Made by a program: the position numbers and the translations under genes | The notes under the pieces: model-generated | Database searches by the model: none | Told to the model about the DNA's origin: nothing | What the model saw: the letters and a program-made list of their open reading frames with translations, nothing else | Shown here: piece after piece, positions 1-7,795 of the stretch | Layout of the letters: each line of letters starts with the position of its first letter | How positions within the stretch are numbered: position 1 is the stretch's first letter | IMG/VR virus record: IMGVR_UViG_3300029171_000043 | Span: 1-26,702 of that record | Reading direction: 5' to 3' (one strand) | DNA length: 26,702 nucleotides | From: a virus | Taxonomy: Duplodnaviria; Caudoviricetes

Positions 1-2
1 GT

Positions 3-1067
3 TTCCCAGTCACGATCCACAACCGGGGTCGTGGTATTCAGTATAAAGTTAACGCTACACTAGCATCATTTCCTGAAAATAACACCTTAGATGGTCTAAA
101 AGCGCATATAAACAACTATTTTATAGACTCTGAAGATGAAGTATCTCCAAGTAAATTTGTGCTCTTAAACAAAATAAACCCAGACTTATCTAAGCTCGTA
201 TTTGAATTAACTTCAAACTTTCCAAATGAGATGACTTTGGTTGGTAGATGCGAGCTTATACGCAAAAACATTTACGAGTTCCCTAAGTGTAAAAACTGCA
301 ACAACAATACCAGCTGGACAAACGCTTCAAAACTATTAGATTTTTGTTGTAAAAAATGTTCAGATGAATCAAGCTTAACCAAAGATAAAAGAATAGAAAC
401 GATGCTGGATTTGTATGGCTCTGAAAATTATACTCAAACTGAAGAATTTAAAATTAAGTCAAAAGAAACTAAAAAAGAAATATATGGTGATGAAAATTTT
501 ACAAATCGAGAACAAGCAATAAAAACATGGATAAAAAAACTTGGAGTTAATAATCCATCTAAAAGCGATAAAGTAAAGAAAAAACGAACTAAAACAATAC
601 AAAAAAAATATGGTGTTAGCAACTATGTAGAGCACCCAGATTTCAAAAACAAATCTGAAAAAACATGTTTAGAAAAATATGGTTTTAGAAGCTCTTCACA
701 ATCTCCAGAAATTTATAAAAAAATTCAAAGCTCACTTTTTGCAGTAAAACAATATAAAAACACAAATTTAACTTACCAGGGATCTTATGAACTATATTTC
801 TTGGAGTTGATGGGAGGGAAAGGTCTATTAAGTGAAATAAGTACACCAGAACCAATTCCTTACATTTTAAACGATCAACAACACATATATAATCCCGATT
901 TTCAATTTAGAGGGCAAATTATTGAAATTAAATCTTCGTGGACTTACAATAAAAATGGGGCTGATAAAAATTTAGAAATAAAAAATGAAACTAAATGGTC
1001 ATCTGTTCCAAATATAATTACACTGAAAAGCAAAAAAGAAATTAAAAAATTCGTAGATAAATTTTAA
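3..1067 (+). CDS. Putative free-standing endonuclease (Cys-rich Zn-binding motif + ~5 KYGV-type repeats + C-terminal PD-(D/E)xK domain); 5'-truncated by the window
   Basis: The frame of track ORF 159..1067 stays open back to nt 3 (FPVTIHNRGRGIQYKV...), so the start probably lies upstream of the window. It has CKNC...CCKKC, repeats such as QKKYGVSNY and LEKYGFRSS, and a catalytic-type YNPDF...IIEIKS. The C-terminus closely matches 25633..26694. Confidence 0.75.
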   Translation, partial: FPVTIHNRGRGIQYKVNATLASFPENNTLDGLKAHINNYFIDSEDEVSPSKFVLLNKINPDLSKLVFELTSNFPNEMTLVGRCELIRKNIYEFPKCKNCNNNTSWTNASKLLDFCCKKCSDESSLTKDKRIETMLDLYGSENYTQTEEFKIKSKETKKEIYGDENFTNREQAIKTWIKKLGVNNPSKSDKVKKKRTKTIQKKYGVSNYVEHPDFKNKSEKTCLEKYGFRSSSQSPEIYKKIQSSLFAVKQYKNTNLTYQGSYELYFLELMGGKGLLSEISTPEPIPYILNDQQHIYNPDFQFRGQIIEIKSSWTYNKNGADKNLEIKNETKWSSVPNIITLKSKKEIKKFVDKF

Positions 1068-1204
1068 ACATGATTTTCCTTATAGATTATCATTAGTTTT
1101 TCAATAAGTTGCTTTACTTTAAAACCATTGTTTTTAGCTACCTTTTTAAAGTCTTCATATATGTTTTTATCTACTAATATAGATTTTAATTTTTTATTAC
1201 TCAT
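1064..1204 (-). CDS. Small ribbon-helix-helix (CopG/Arc-like) DNA-binding protein, 46 aa; absent from the ORF track
   Basis: Hand translation: MSNKKLKSILVDKNIYEDFKKVAKNNGFKVKQLIEKLMIIYKENHV*. The pattern is strand, helix, G turn, helix, as in RHH proteins. The ATG overlaps the end of the upstream gene and the ORF fills the gap exactly. Confidence 0.75.
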   Translation of the reverse strand: MSNKKLKSILVDKNIYEDFKKVAKNNGFKVKQLIEKLMIIYKENHV

Positions 1205-1448
1205 CAATAGAATACGTAATTAATTTTATTTTTTTAAATTCATTGTCAAAGTATTGCTTGTTGGGTGTATCTAAGCCATCTTGGTTTCGCACATAATTTT
1301 CGTAAGCTGAACCAACTTGTTCCATTATTAAATATTTACCTTCACTTGGCGCATTTGCACTGTTAAAAAGAAAACAATCGTCTACAATTGAGTGAGAGCA
1401 TTTGATGGTAATCACAAGTTCGTCTTTTATTTTTTCGACTTTAATCAT
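1197..1448 (-). CDS. Hypothetical protein, 83 aa
   Basis: ATG start, overlaps with both neighbouring frames, protein-like composition; no recognised family. Confidence 0.7.
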   Translation of the reverse strand: MIKVEKIKDELVITIKCSHSIVDDCFLFNSANAPSEGKYLIMEQVGSAYENYVRNQDGLDTPNKQYFDNEFKKIKLITYSIDE

Positions 1449-1647
1449 TGATATATTCCTTTAAATTTTTCGTTATGTTGTCCAAAGTTAGTTCGTCACT
1501 TTTTAATTTTAGAGCTGCGGGTCTAAAAAACTCAGAATTATTAGAATTGATTGACTCCAAATAAAATTCCCCTGTATCTGGATTAAAAATGGCTTGCCAC
1601 CCTTGTTTTGTATAACAATGTTTATAATCGCCCAGTGTAGTAGTATA
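1441..1647 (-). pseudogene. 68-codon open frame continuing in frame past the TAA of 1648..2004; probable C-terminal part of an interrupted gene
   Basis: Reads ...FSFGF*YTTTLGDYKHCYTKQGWQAIFNPDTGEFYLESINSNNSEFFRPAALKLKSDELTLDNITKNLKEYIND*. It has no ATG, and its end overlaps the ATG of the next gene. Confidence 0.5.
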
Positions 1648-2004
1648 TTAAAAGCCGAAAGAAAATAGTAATTCTTGTAATTTATCTTGCATATTAAACT
1701 TGCCATAATTACCTTTAAAGTACATTCTTTCATGAAAGGATTCATCATTATCGGAATCATACACACATTTAAACTTAAGAACACGACCTCTGCTTTCATT
1801 CTCTACAATAAGCTCAATATCTTCAGTAGATTGAGCGTTAAAATCAGTTAAATCAACCATGTTGTTGTCTTTTAAGTATGCATCATAAGCAATGTCTGAT
1901 GAGTTCAATTGGTATAAATCTGTTTTTACAAATTTATCATACGATATATCTGGAAAAACGCCGTGAATTTTATCTTCACCTATAAACTTTATTTTAATAA
2001 TCAT
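1648..2004 (-). CDS. Hypothetical protein (likely start MIIKIK at 2004; may extend through the TAA to 1441)
   Basis: Track ORF 1648..2028. The ATG at 2004 overlaps the end of the upstream gene by 11 nt. Confidence 0.65.
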   Translation of the reverse strand: MIIKIKFIGEDKIHGVFPDISYDKFVKTDLYQLNSSDIAYDAYLKDNNMVDLTDFNAQSTEDIELIVENESRGRVLKFKCVYDSDNDESFHERMYFKGNYGKFNMQDKLQELLFSFGF

Positions 2005-2218
2005 GTGTCGTTTTTTTAAAACCATCAATTAAAACCACAGAGTCCAATTCAACCAAATGCACTTCTTTATAATGCAACGATAATTCTTGGTCTCTATTAA
2101 GAAATTTTTCTCTGTTTAAAATATAGTGATATTTATTATCATTAGAACAATGGTAACTACCAAAAACCCACTCTTCTGACCCAATTAATTTTGCTTTAAA
2201 TAAAAAATTTTTATTCAT
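1994..2218 (-). CDS. YopX-like small phage protein (N-terminal part only)
   Basis: FLFKAKLIGSEEWVFGSY...HYI...VHLVELDSV resembles the YopX-family N-terminus (I.FRGK....EWVYG..., EV.P.TV). Confidence 0.5.
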   Translation of the reverse strand: MNKNFLFKAKLIGSEEWVFGSYHCSNDNKYHYILNREKFLNRDQELSLHYKEVHLVELDSVVLIDGFKKTTHDY

Positions 2219-2240
2219 TTTTACTATTTTATATCAACAA

Positions 2241-2274
2241 CAAAAGTAATCAAAAACCTAAAAAAAAAAACAAA
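2241..2274 (-). promoter_or_regulatory. Bacteroidetes-type housekeeping promoter (-33 TTTG / -7 TAnnTTTG)
   Basis: The minus strand reads TTTG-N22-TACTTTTG, ending 22 nt upstream of the ATG at 2218. The spacer contains a T11 run. Confidence 0.6.
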
Positions 2275-2275
2275 T

Positions 2276-2515
2276 TTAATATTCGCTATCCCAATCCTGT
2301 CTGGTTTTTAACAGTTTACGGGACAATTCTGGCAATGCGTTGTTTTTAAGCCTAGATATTTTACCCCTGGCCCTTACACCCCTAGACTTAATTTTTTTTG
2401 GACCCAAAAATTCGTTTATATCATTTTCAATGTCAGATAAAATTTCTTTTATCTGTTGAAGGTCGTGCTTCACTTTATAGGTGTCATTAACATTAAAAAG
2501 ATCGTCAAATTTCAT
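2276..2515 (-). CDS. Hc1-like (histone H1-like) small basic nucleoid protein
   Basis: IKEILSDIENDINEFLGPKKIKSRGVRARGKISRLK...ELSRKLL matches the Hc1-family pattern (D..KF..KGNK.AG.RARK....LK....ELRK). The likely start is MKFDD at 2515, just after the portal stop; the track starts at 2545. Confidence 0.55.
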   Translation of the reverse strand: MKFDDLFNVNDTYKVKHDLQQIKEILSDIENDINEFLGPKKIKSRGVRARGKISRLKNNALPELSRKLLKTRQDWDSEY

Positions 2516-2525
2516 TCTTATCTTA

Positions 2526-4736
2526 TTATTCTTTAATATCGTCATCTGAAATTTCGTCTGTTATATCAGAATCAAACAAATGATTGTTCATGTCTTCATC
2601 TTCTGAAATTTCATAACTTTGCACCTCTGTTATTTCTTGTGACTCCACAGATGGAGTTGATTTAAAAAGACTCTCCAAGGCGTTCATTATATCTTGAGTC
2701 TTGTTCAAAAGTTTTTCGTTGTTTGTAAGTAGGGTTCCCTGTTCAACATCTTCGTGTAAATTACTTTCTGAATCATCACGATTAGTGGCATCTAAATTAT
2801 TTTGTATTCTCTCAAATAATTTTTTGGTTCTATAACTTAATTCACTACTTTTTTGCGCAAGACCAGTATCTTCTGGTTCTACCTTTTTATCCTCGCCAAG
2901 TAAATCATCAAGATAATCACTAAATCTAGAATCAGATTCTTTCAAAACCTTTTTAAGTCTATTTGTTTTTTCTGAAATAGGTACTTCTTCGGCTCCTGGC
3001 TCACCACCACCAGTCTCTTCGGCTCCTGGCTCACCACCAATATCTTCATCCCCTGGTTCACCACCACCAATATCTTCATCCCCTGGTTCACCACCTCCCA
3101 TATCACCACCCATTTCTTCACCACCTGGAGTAGGACCACCCATACCCAAATCTCCACCGCCCAGCAAGCTACTTGAGGCACCTCCACCTCCACCCATATC
3201 TCCACCATCACCACCTTCTGTAGGTTTTGCTACAGCACCTGGAATTTCATATTTTGCATCAAGATCAGCGAATAAACCAATTTTCTTATAGGTATCCACA
3301 GCTGCATCAATTTCGGCAAAGATTTTCTTTTCAATTTTCTTTTGTTTAAGAATTAATTTAATTTCTTGCTTAGAAAAACCAAGAATATTTTCCATAACCC
3401 AAGTCCAAGAAGTAAATGATGTTGCATCTGGTTTATAGTACTCGTTTGCAACCTCAAGTCTAGCTTTTTGAGTTTCAAGTTTTAACAACTCTTGTTGTGT
3501 GGAAGGGTTCGTTAAAGTTAGGGTAAAATTATCAATGTCATCTTTAAACCCCGCAAAATATAAATGAATGTTTACAATTCTACGAAGTTCCATTAAGAAC
3601 ACTTCTTGAATTCCGTTGATTGTTCTGGCGAACCTAAGATCTGCTTGAGAAAGAGTGCTACCACCTGGCATTGCCTCAGCATAATTTAAATATGCCTTAG
3701 GAACTTGTAAAGATGCAAATAACTTATTTTGCAAATATTCAATATCTTGAATATCTGATAAATTACTTGCTCCTGGCAATGTATCAATTCTCGAAGATTT
3801 ATCTCCTCTTATTGGAATAAAATAATCCTCTGTAATATTCATAGGATTATACTTCATATTAATATTACCAGTTCTAGAATCTACAATTGGCTGCTTTTTT
3901 AATTGATTCTGTATTTTTTGAACATATGTTTTTACATCTCCATCTTCTAAGTTACCAACCTCAATATAAAATACTCTTCTTTCTGGTGCTCTTGTTATAC
4001 GATACACCAACATAGAATCTTCCGCAAGTTGTAATTGCTTCCATAATTTTCTAGCTGGATCTAATATTGAGCGCCCGTATGGAATTTTCATGGTATCTTC
4101 AATAAGTCTAAAATGAGCAATTTGCCATTCTTCAAAATATTCATTAACCATGTCATATCTAAATCTTACTGCGCCAGGTTTACCATCGTAACCATCTTCT
4201 CTGTGCATATCCTCTGGTCTCAAAGTTTGAAAGTCGTAAATACCCTCATCTTTATCAATGTGTAAATGCACAAAATAATCACCATATTTTACAAGATCAC
4301 GTATCCAAAGCTTTGCGTTAAATTCAATATTCAATCTTTTGTGAAGCAAATCTTTAATCACGTCTTTAATCCTAGAATTGTCTGAGTAAATTTCTACAAT
4401 ATCACCACTTGCGCTTCTAGTTAACGCTTCATCTCTAATTATATTTAGAGCTGCTGCGATTTCTGGAGACATATCCATCGCTCTGTAATCTTGGTATGCT
4501 TGCAATCTGTCTGTGTCGAAATAAAGAGTTCTTTGATACAGATTGTGAGCCATTTTATTCACCTGCCAATCTAAATATTGTTGCTGCAAATTTTCAATGC
4601 TACTATCTGGACCTATTAAACCACCACCACCTGGAGGTGTTGGCATTGGTTCCAATCTCTTCTTTCCACCATTAATAGCGTCTAAAACACCTTGAAAAAT
4701 GTTATCTGGTTTGTTATTTGGTTGATTTTCTGCCAT
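2526..4736 (-). CDS. Portal protein, T4 gp20-like, with long Gly/acidic C-terminal extension
   Basis: Hallmark motifs YRITRAPERRVFYIEVGNL and EDYFIPIRGDKSSRIDTLPG, plus DIEYLQNKLFASLQVPK. Lies directly downstream of the terminase. Confidence 0.95.
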   Translation of the reverse strand: MAENQPNNKPDNIFQGVLDAINGGKKRLEPMPTPPGGGGLIGPDSSIENLQQQYLDWQVNKMAHNLYQRTLYFDTDRLQAYQDYRAMDMSPEIAAALNIIRDEALTRSASGDIVEIYSDNSRIKDVIKDLLHKRLNIEFNAKLWIRDLVKYGDYFVHLHIDKDEGIYDFQTLRPEDMHREDGYDGKPGAVRFRYDMVNEYFEEWQIAHFRLIEDTMKIPYGRSILDPARKLWKQLQLAEDSMLVYRITRAPERRVFYIEVGNLEDGDVKTYVQKIQNQLKKQPIVDSRTGNINMKYNPMNITEDYFIPIRGDKSSRIDTLPGASNLSDIQDIEYLQNKLFASLQVPKAYLNYAEAMPGGSTLSQADLRFARTINGIQEVFLMELRRIVNIHLYFAGFKDDIDNFTLTLTNPSTQQELLKLETQKARLEVANEYYKPDATSFTSWTWVMENILGFSKQEIKLILKQKKIEKKIFAEIDAAVDTYKKIGLFADLDAKYEIPGAVAKPTEGGDGGDMGGGGGASSSLLGGGDLGMGGPTPGGEEMGGDMGGGEPGDEDIGGGEPGDEDIGGEPGAEETGGGEPGAEEVPISEKTNRLKKVLKESDSRFSDYLDDLLGEDKKVEPEDTGLAQKSSELSYRTKKLFERIQNNLDATNRDDSESNLHEDVEQGTLLTNNEKLLNKTQDIMNALESLFKSTPSVESQEITEVQSYEISEDEDMNNHLFDSDITDEISDDDIKE
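2986..3095. repeat. In-frame 30-bp tandem duplications in the portal tail (GGGEPGDEDI x2, GGEPGAEE x2)
   Basis: tcttcggctcctggctcaccacca at 2986 and 3016; caccaccaatatcttcatcccctggttcaccacc at 3032 and 3062. Confidence 0.9.
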
Positions 4737-4778
4737 ATCGGACTAATTTTCTAAAAAATATGTATTAAATGTTCAATT

Positions 4779-4785
4779 ATAAATA
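4779..4785 (-). promoter_or_regulatory. TATTTAT putative late promoter (portal)
   Basis: Coding-strand TATTTAT 42 nt before the ATG; recurs before 11 genes. Confidence 0.6.
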
Positions 4786-4794
4786 GTTAAAGCT

Positions 4795-7749
4795 TTATTT
4801 TGTAAGCCAACTTAAATCTTCATCATCGCTGATATCTCCGCTTCCAAAAAATAAACCACCACCACCTGGTGGTGTATCAATATCTTTTTTAGGACCACTT
4901 TCTTGTGTGACACCAAAAGAAGAATTTGAATTCATAGTCATTGCATCCAACATGTTTTTGTACATATTGGATGTTGCGGATACTTTCATATAAGCTGTAT
5001 CTCTTACATAAAGCGCAATACCATAAGCCATTATCAAGTCATCATTGTAACCTTTTTCCGCTTGTGGTTTATCTCCAACCATTACAAATGTTGACATTTC
5101 AGCCATTAATCTTTGAGAGTTAATAATAACACCACCCTCTCTAAGATGCTCTACAATAGATTTAATTACAGCTGGCCTTGATGTTTTTGTAGATTGAAAA
5201 CCTGGTATTTCTACACCGATATCAATTTTATAATCATGTGTTCTTACATGCATTTCCTGGGTGTTCTTAGAATAAAACAAGCGCTTATATTGCAACTTAT
5301 CTCTGAGGTCATATCCCACGCCCAACCCAAACGTATTGGCTTCCACAACAACAAAAGCGTTATTATAAACTCTGCCGACCCAATCAATTAAATAAGGAAA
5401 TAAGTCTACACCTATCTTTTCTCTATATTCAGCAACTTGTTCAAGAGTTTCTGTGTCTAGAATCTGTATTGTAGAGTAGTCTTTTCCATCACCACGTGAA
5501 ACGTCACAGTTATGGGTTGTAATGTTTTTACACAAAAATGTGTGTGTATCACATTCAAAATTATAAACATTACCCGTAAATGTGCTTTTTTTTATATTTT
5601 TTATTTTAAAATAAATATAGTTTTCATCTTTATCAAAATGACAATTAGATATAATTCTACCATTAACACTATTAAAATCTGATATTTTATATTTTTGCAA
5701 TTTTATATCTTCATAATCAGACCATAAACTAATTAATTTTAAACTATCGTAATTTGCTAAATCTAAATTGTAGCATTTTTTACATTCATAAGTCCTGTCA
5801 CATATAGTATGTTGCTTAGCATCTCTTAATTTATTTAAACTTGAAATTATACCAATAGAAAACATTATATCTTGTACAGACTCTAATAATTCTAAGTTTA
5901 TACTTACAAAAGATATTTTTGAATGTGATTTATGTTTTGAACCCTTTTTTGTTTTTACCCAACAACCATCACTATCAAAATAGCCTTTTAATAATTCCAA
6001 CTTATATTCTTTTGGTATAAATTTTACCCATTCACTTATTTTTTTACCATGTGAATATTGACCAAAATTTTTTAAAATAAAATGATAAAGTTCTTTTGAG
6101 TTAAAAACTATTTGGTATGTGTCATCCCTTTCTATAAAAGATGGAAATCTATCGAATAATCTTTCAATTATTTTAGCAGATTTTTCTAAATAATAATGCT
6201 CTTTTTTATTAAAACACAATGTAACTGAAAAAGAATTTTTACAATGTCCAATCCAACCATCTCCAAGCCAAAAACCTATAAACCACCAAAAATCTTTATC
6301 AGCAATCGGGGATTCAATTACAAAATCACGCCTTGCTTTATCATTATCTGAAAAAACCCATTTTTCATTGATGTCGAAGCTAAGTTCTTTTTTATACATA
6401 TTTGGAACTTTAACCCAATCTCCAATGTTTAACTCACTTGTTTTAATGTATTTAAAATCGAAATCCCAATATCTTTTTCCTTCTATTTTTGTATTTATAT
6501 CATATGGTCTTTTTAATTTGGTATTTTGACTAACCAAAATCGGATGCTCTTTTGTAAAACTAGTTGTTCTATAATTATTGGTCAATTTAATTGTATATAT
6601 ATCTTCATCAACAACTTCTGTTATTTGTTGATTTACAATATTTACATATTCCCCTTTTTCGTTTACTAGCATATCAAAAGCGCTAACGTCTTCTATATTT
6701 TTCAATCCGTTATTTGTTAAAACCTTTTCACCAGGTGGTAAACAAGCTACGATGTAAGATTTTCCTGGTTCTGGCTTTTTAAATACGTGAAAATTTGTTT
6801 CATTTGTCACAAAAGAACCAGCTTGTGGTGTTCCTTTAAATAAAAAGTCATAGTGAATAAACATACTAGGTTTTTTACCCCTAACAGCGTTTGTGTATCT
6901 TTCAACCAGCGCACCATCAATTGCAAGATATTTAGATCCCTCAAATGATAAATCTAACTCTTGCGCAATTTTTACAGCATCATAACTTAAACGCTTACAC
7001 TCACATTCATACCATGGACTCCACGGTACATCTTTCCCAGTAGAAGGATCTTTTCTCCAAACCAAACCTTCTGAAGATTGCGGATTTTCTGTCCAGTGAA
7101 CACTTAAAGAATTAAAATCATTCTCTTTGTTTATAGCTGCTACCCAAGTTCTATGATACAATCCAGCAGCACCATTTGGCGTTGAAATCATTATACACTT
7201 TCCTTTTGTAGCAGAAAGAGCCATACCAGCACCCATCCAAATTGCGTCGTCGTCCTTAATAAACGCAGTCTCATCAAGAATAAGCATGGTCAAAGCCTCA
7301 CCACGACCAGCGTTTGGAGAACTTGCTTTTGCTTCAACCCATGAACCATTTGAAAATTGAAGCTTTGTTTGATTATTTGTGGGTGCATCTTCTGGTCTTA
7401 ACCAGTTTGGCGTATAGTCTATGAATTGTTTTACAGTAGCCAAAAAACGTCTTGCTCCAGCCCCATCGTTGGCAATGATAAGAATTCTTTCTTCGTATCT
7501 AAACATTAATCTCCACGCAACATATCCAGCTGTGACAACAGATAGACCAGTTTGTCTAGATTTTAATACAATATTGTTTTGATATTTATGAAAATCATTT
7601 ATGCACCTTTTTTGATATTCAAAACAGCGCATAGGTGTTACTTTTTTTTGCTTTGCATCGAACACATGCCCATATGTATTCAAATAATACAAAGGGCTCA
7701 TAGCACACTTTATTTTTTCATTACGACGTTGTTCTTGGGTTAAAACCAT
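4795..7749 (-). CDS. terL: Terminase large subunit (T4 gp17-like), intein-containing
   Basis: Deviant Walker A LKSRQTGLS, Walker B MLILDE, coupling motif ISTPNG, nuclease motifs DVSRGDGKDYS, VVEAN and NDDLIMA. The 984-aa precursor gives about 572 aa after splicing. Confidence 0.95.
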   Translation of the reverse strand: MVLTQEQRRNEKIKCAMSPLYYLNTYGHVFDAKQKKVTPMRCFEYQKRCINDFHKYQNNIVLKSRQTGLSVVTAGYVAWRLMFRYEERILIIANDGAGARRFLATVKQFIDYTPNWLRPEDAPTNNQTKLQFSNGSWVEAKASSPNAGRGEALTMLILDETAFIKDDDAIWMGAGMALSATKGKCIMISTPNGAAGLYHRTWVAAINKENDFNSLSVHWTENPQSSEGLVWRKDPSTGKDVPWSPWYECECKRLSYDAVKIAQELDLSFEGSKYLAIDGALVERYTNAVRGKKPSMFIHYDFLFKGTPQAGSFVTNETNFHVFKKPEPGKSYIVACLPPGEKVLTNNGLKNIEDVSAFDMLVNEKGEYVNIVNQQITEVVDEDIYTIKLTNNYRTTSFTKEHPILVSQNTKLKRPYDINTKIEGKRYWDFDFKYIKTSELNIGDWVKVPNMYKKELSFDINEKWVFSDNDKARRDFVIESPIADKDFWWFIGFWLGDGWIGHCKNSFSVTLCFNKKEHYYLEKSAKIIERLFDRFPSFIERDDTYQIVFNSKELYHFILKNFGQYSHGKKISEWVKFIPKEYKLELLKGYFDSDGCWVKTKKGSKHKSHSKISFVSINLELLESVQDIMFSIGIISSLNKLRDAKQHTICDRTYECKKCYNLDLANYDSLKLISLWSDYEDIKLQKYKISDFNSVNGRIISNCHFDKDENYIYFKIKNIKKSTFTGNVYNFECDTHTFLCKNITTHNCDVSRGDGKDYSTIQILDTETLEQVAEYREKIGVDLFPYLIDWVGRVYNNAFVVVEANTFGLGVGYDLRDKLQYKRLFYSKNTQEMHVRTHDYKIDIGVEIPGFQSTKTSRPAVIKSIVEHLREGGVIINSQRLMAEMSTFVMVGDKPQAEKGYNDDLIMAYGIALYVRDTAYMKVSATSNMYKNMLDAMTMNSNSSFGVTQESGPKKDIDTPPGGGGLFFGSGDISDDEDLSWLTK
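5509..6744 (-). mobile_element. Intein with LAGLIDADG homing endonuclease, 412 aa
   Basis: Begins CLPPGEKV after YIVA. Block B FTKEHPIL; endonuclease motifs FIGFWLGDG and LLKGYFDSDG; ends VYNFE...ITTHN with a +1 Cys. Removing it restores YIVA-CDVSRGDG. Confidence 0.93.
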
Positions 7750-7774
7750 ACTTATTAACGCTAATTGTTTGCTA

Positions 7775-7781
7775 ATAAATA
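7775..7781 (-). promoter_or_regulatory. TATTTAT putative late promoter (terL)
   Basis: 25 nt before ATG 7749. Confidence 0.6.
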
Positions 7782-7795
7782 GGTTATAAAAAATC

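Noticed and set aside
1509-1799. 96-aa minus-strand track ORF
   Set aside because: It overlaps 1648..2004 out of frame by about 150 nt. The alternative frame (1441..1647) looks more protein-like and couples to the next gene.
2986-3095. 30-bp periodic repeats considered as a CRISPR array
   Set aside because: No unique spacers; the repeats are in frame within the portal gene.
2942-3214. 90-aa Val-rich alternative-frame ORF in the portal
   Set aside because: A by-product of GGT-rich low-complexity repeats.
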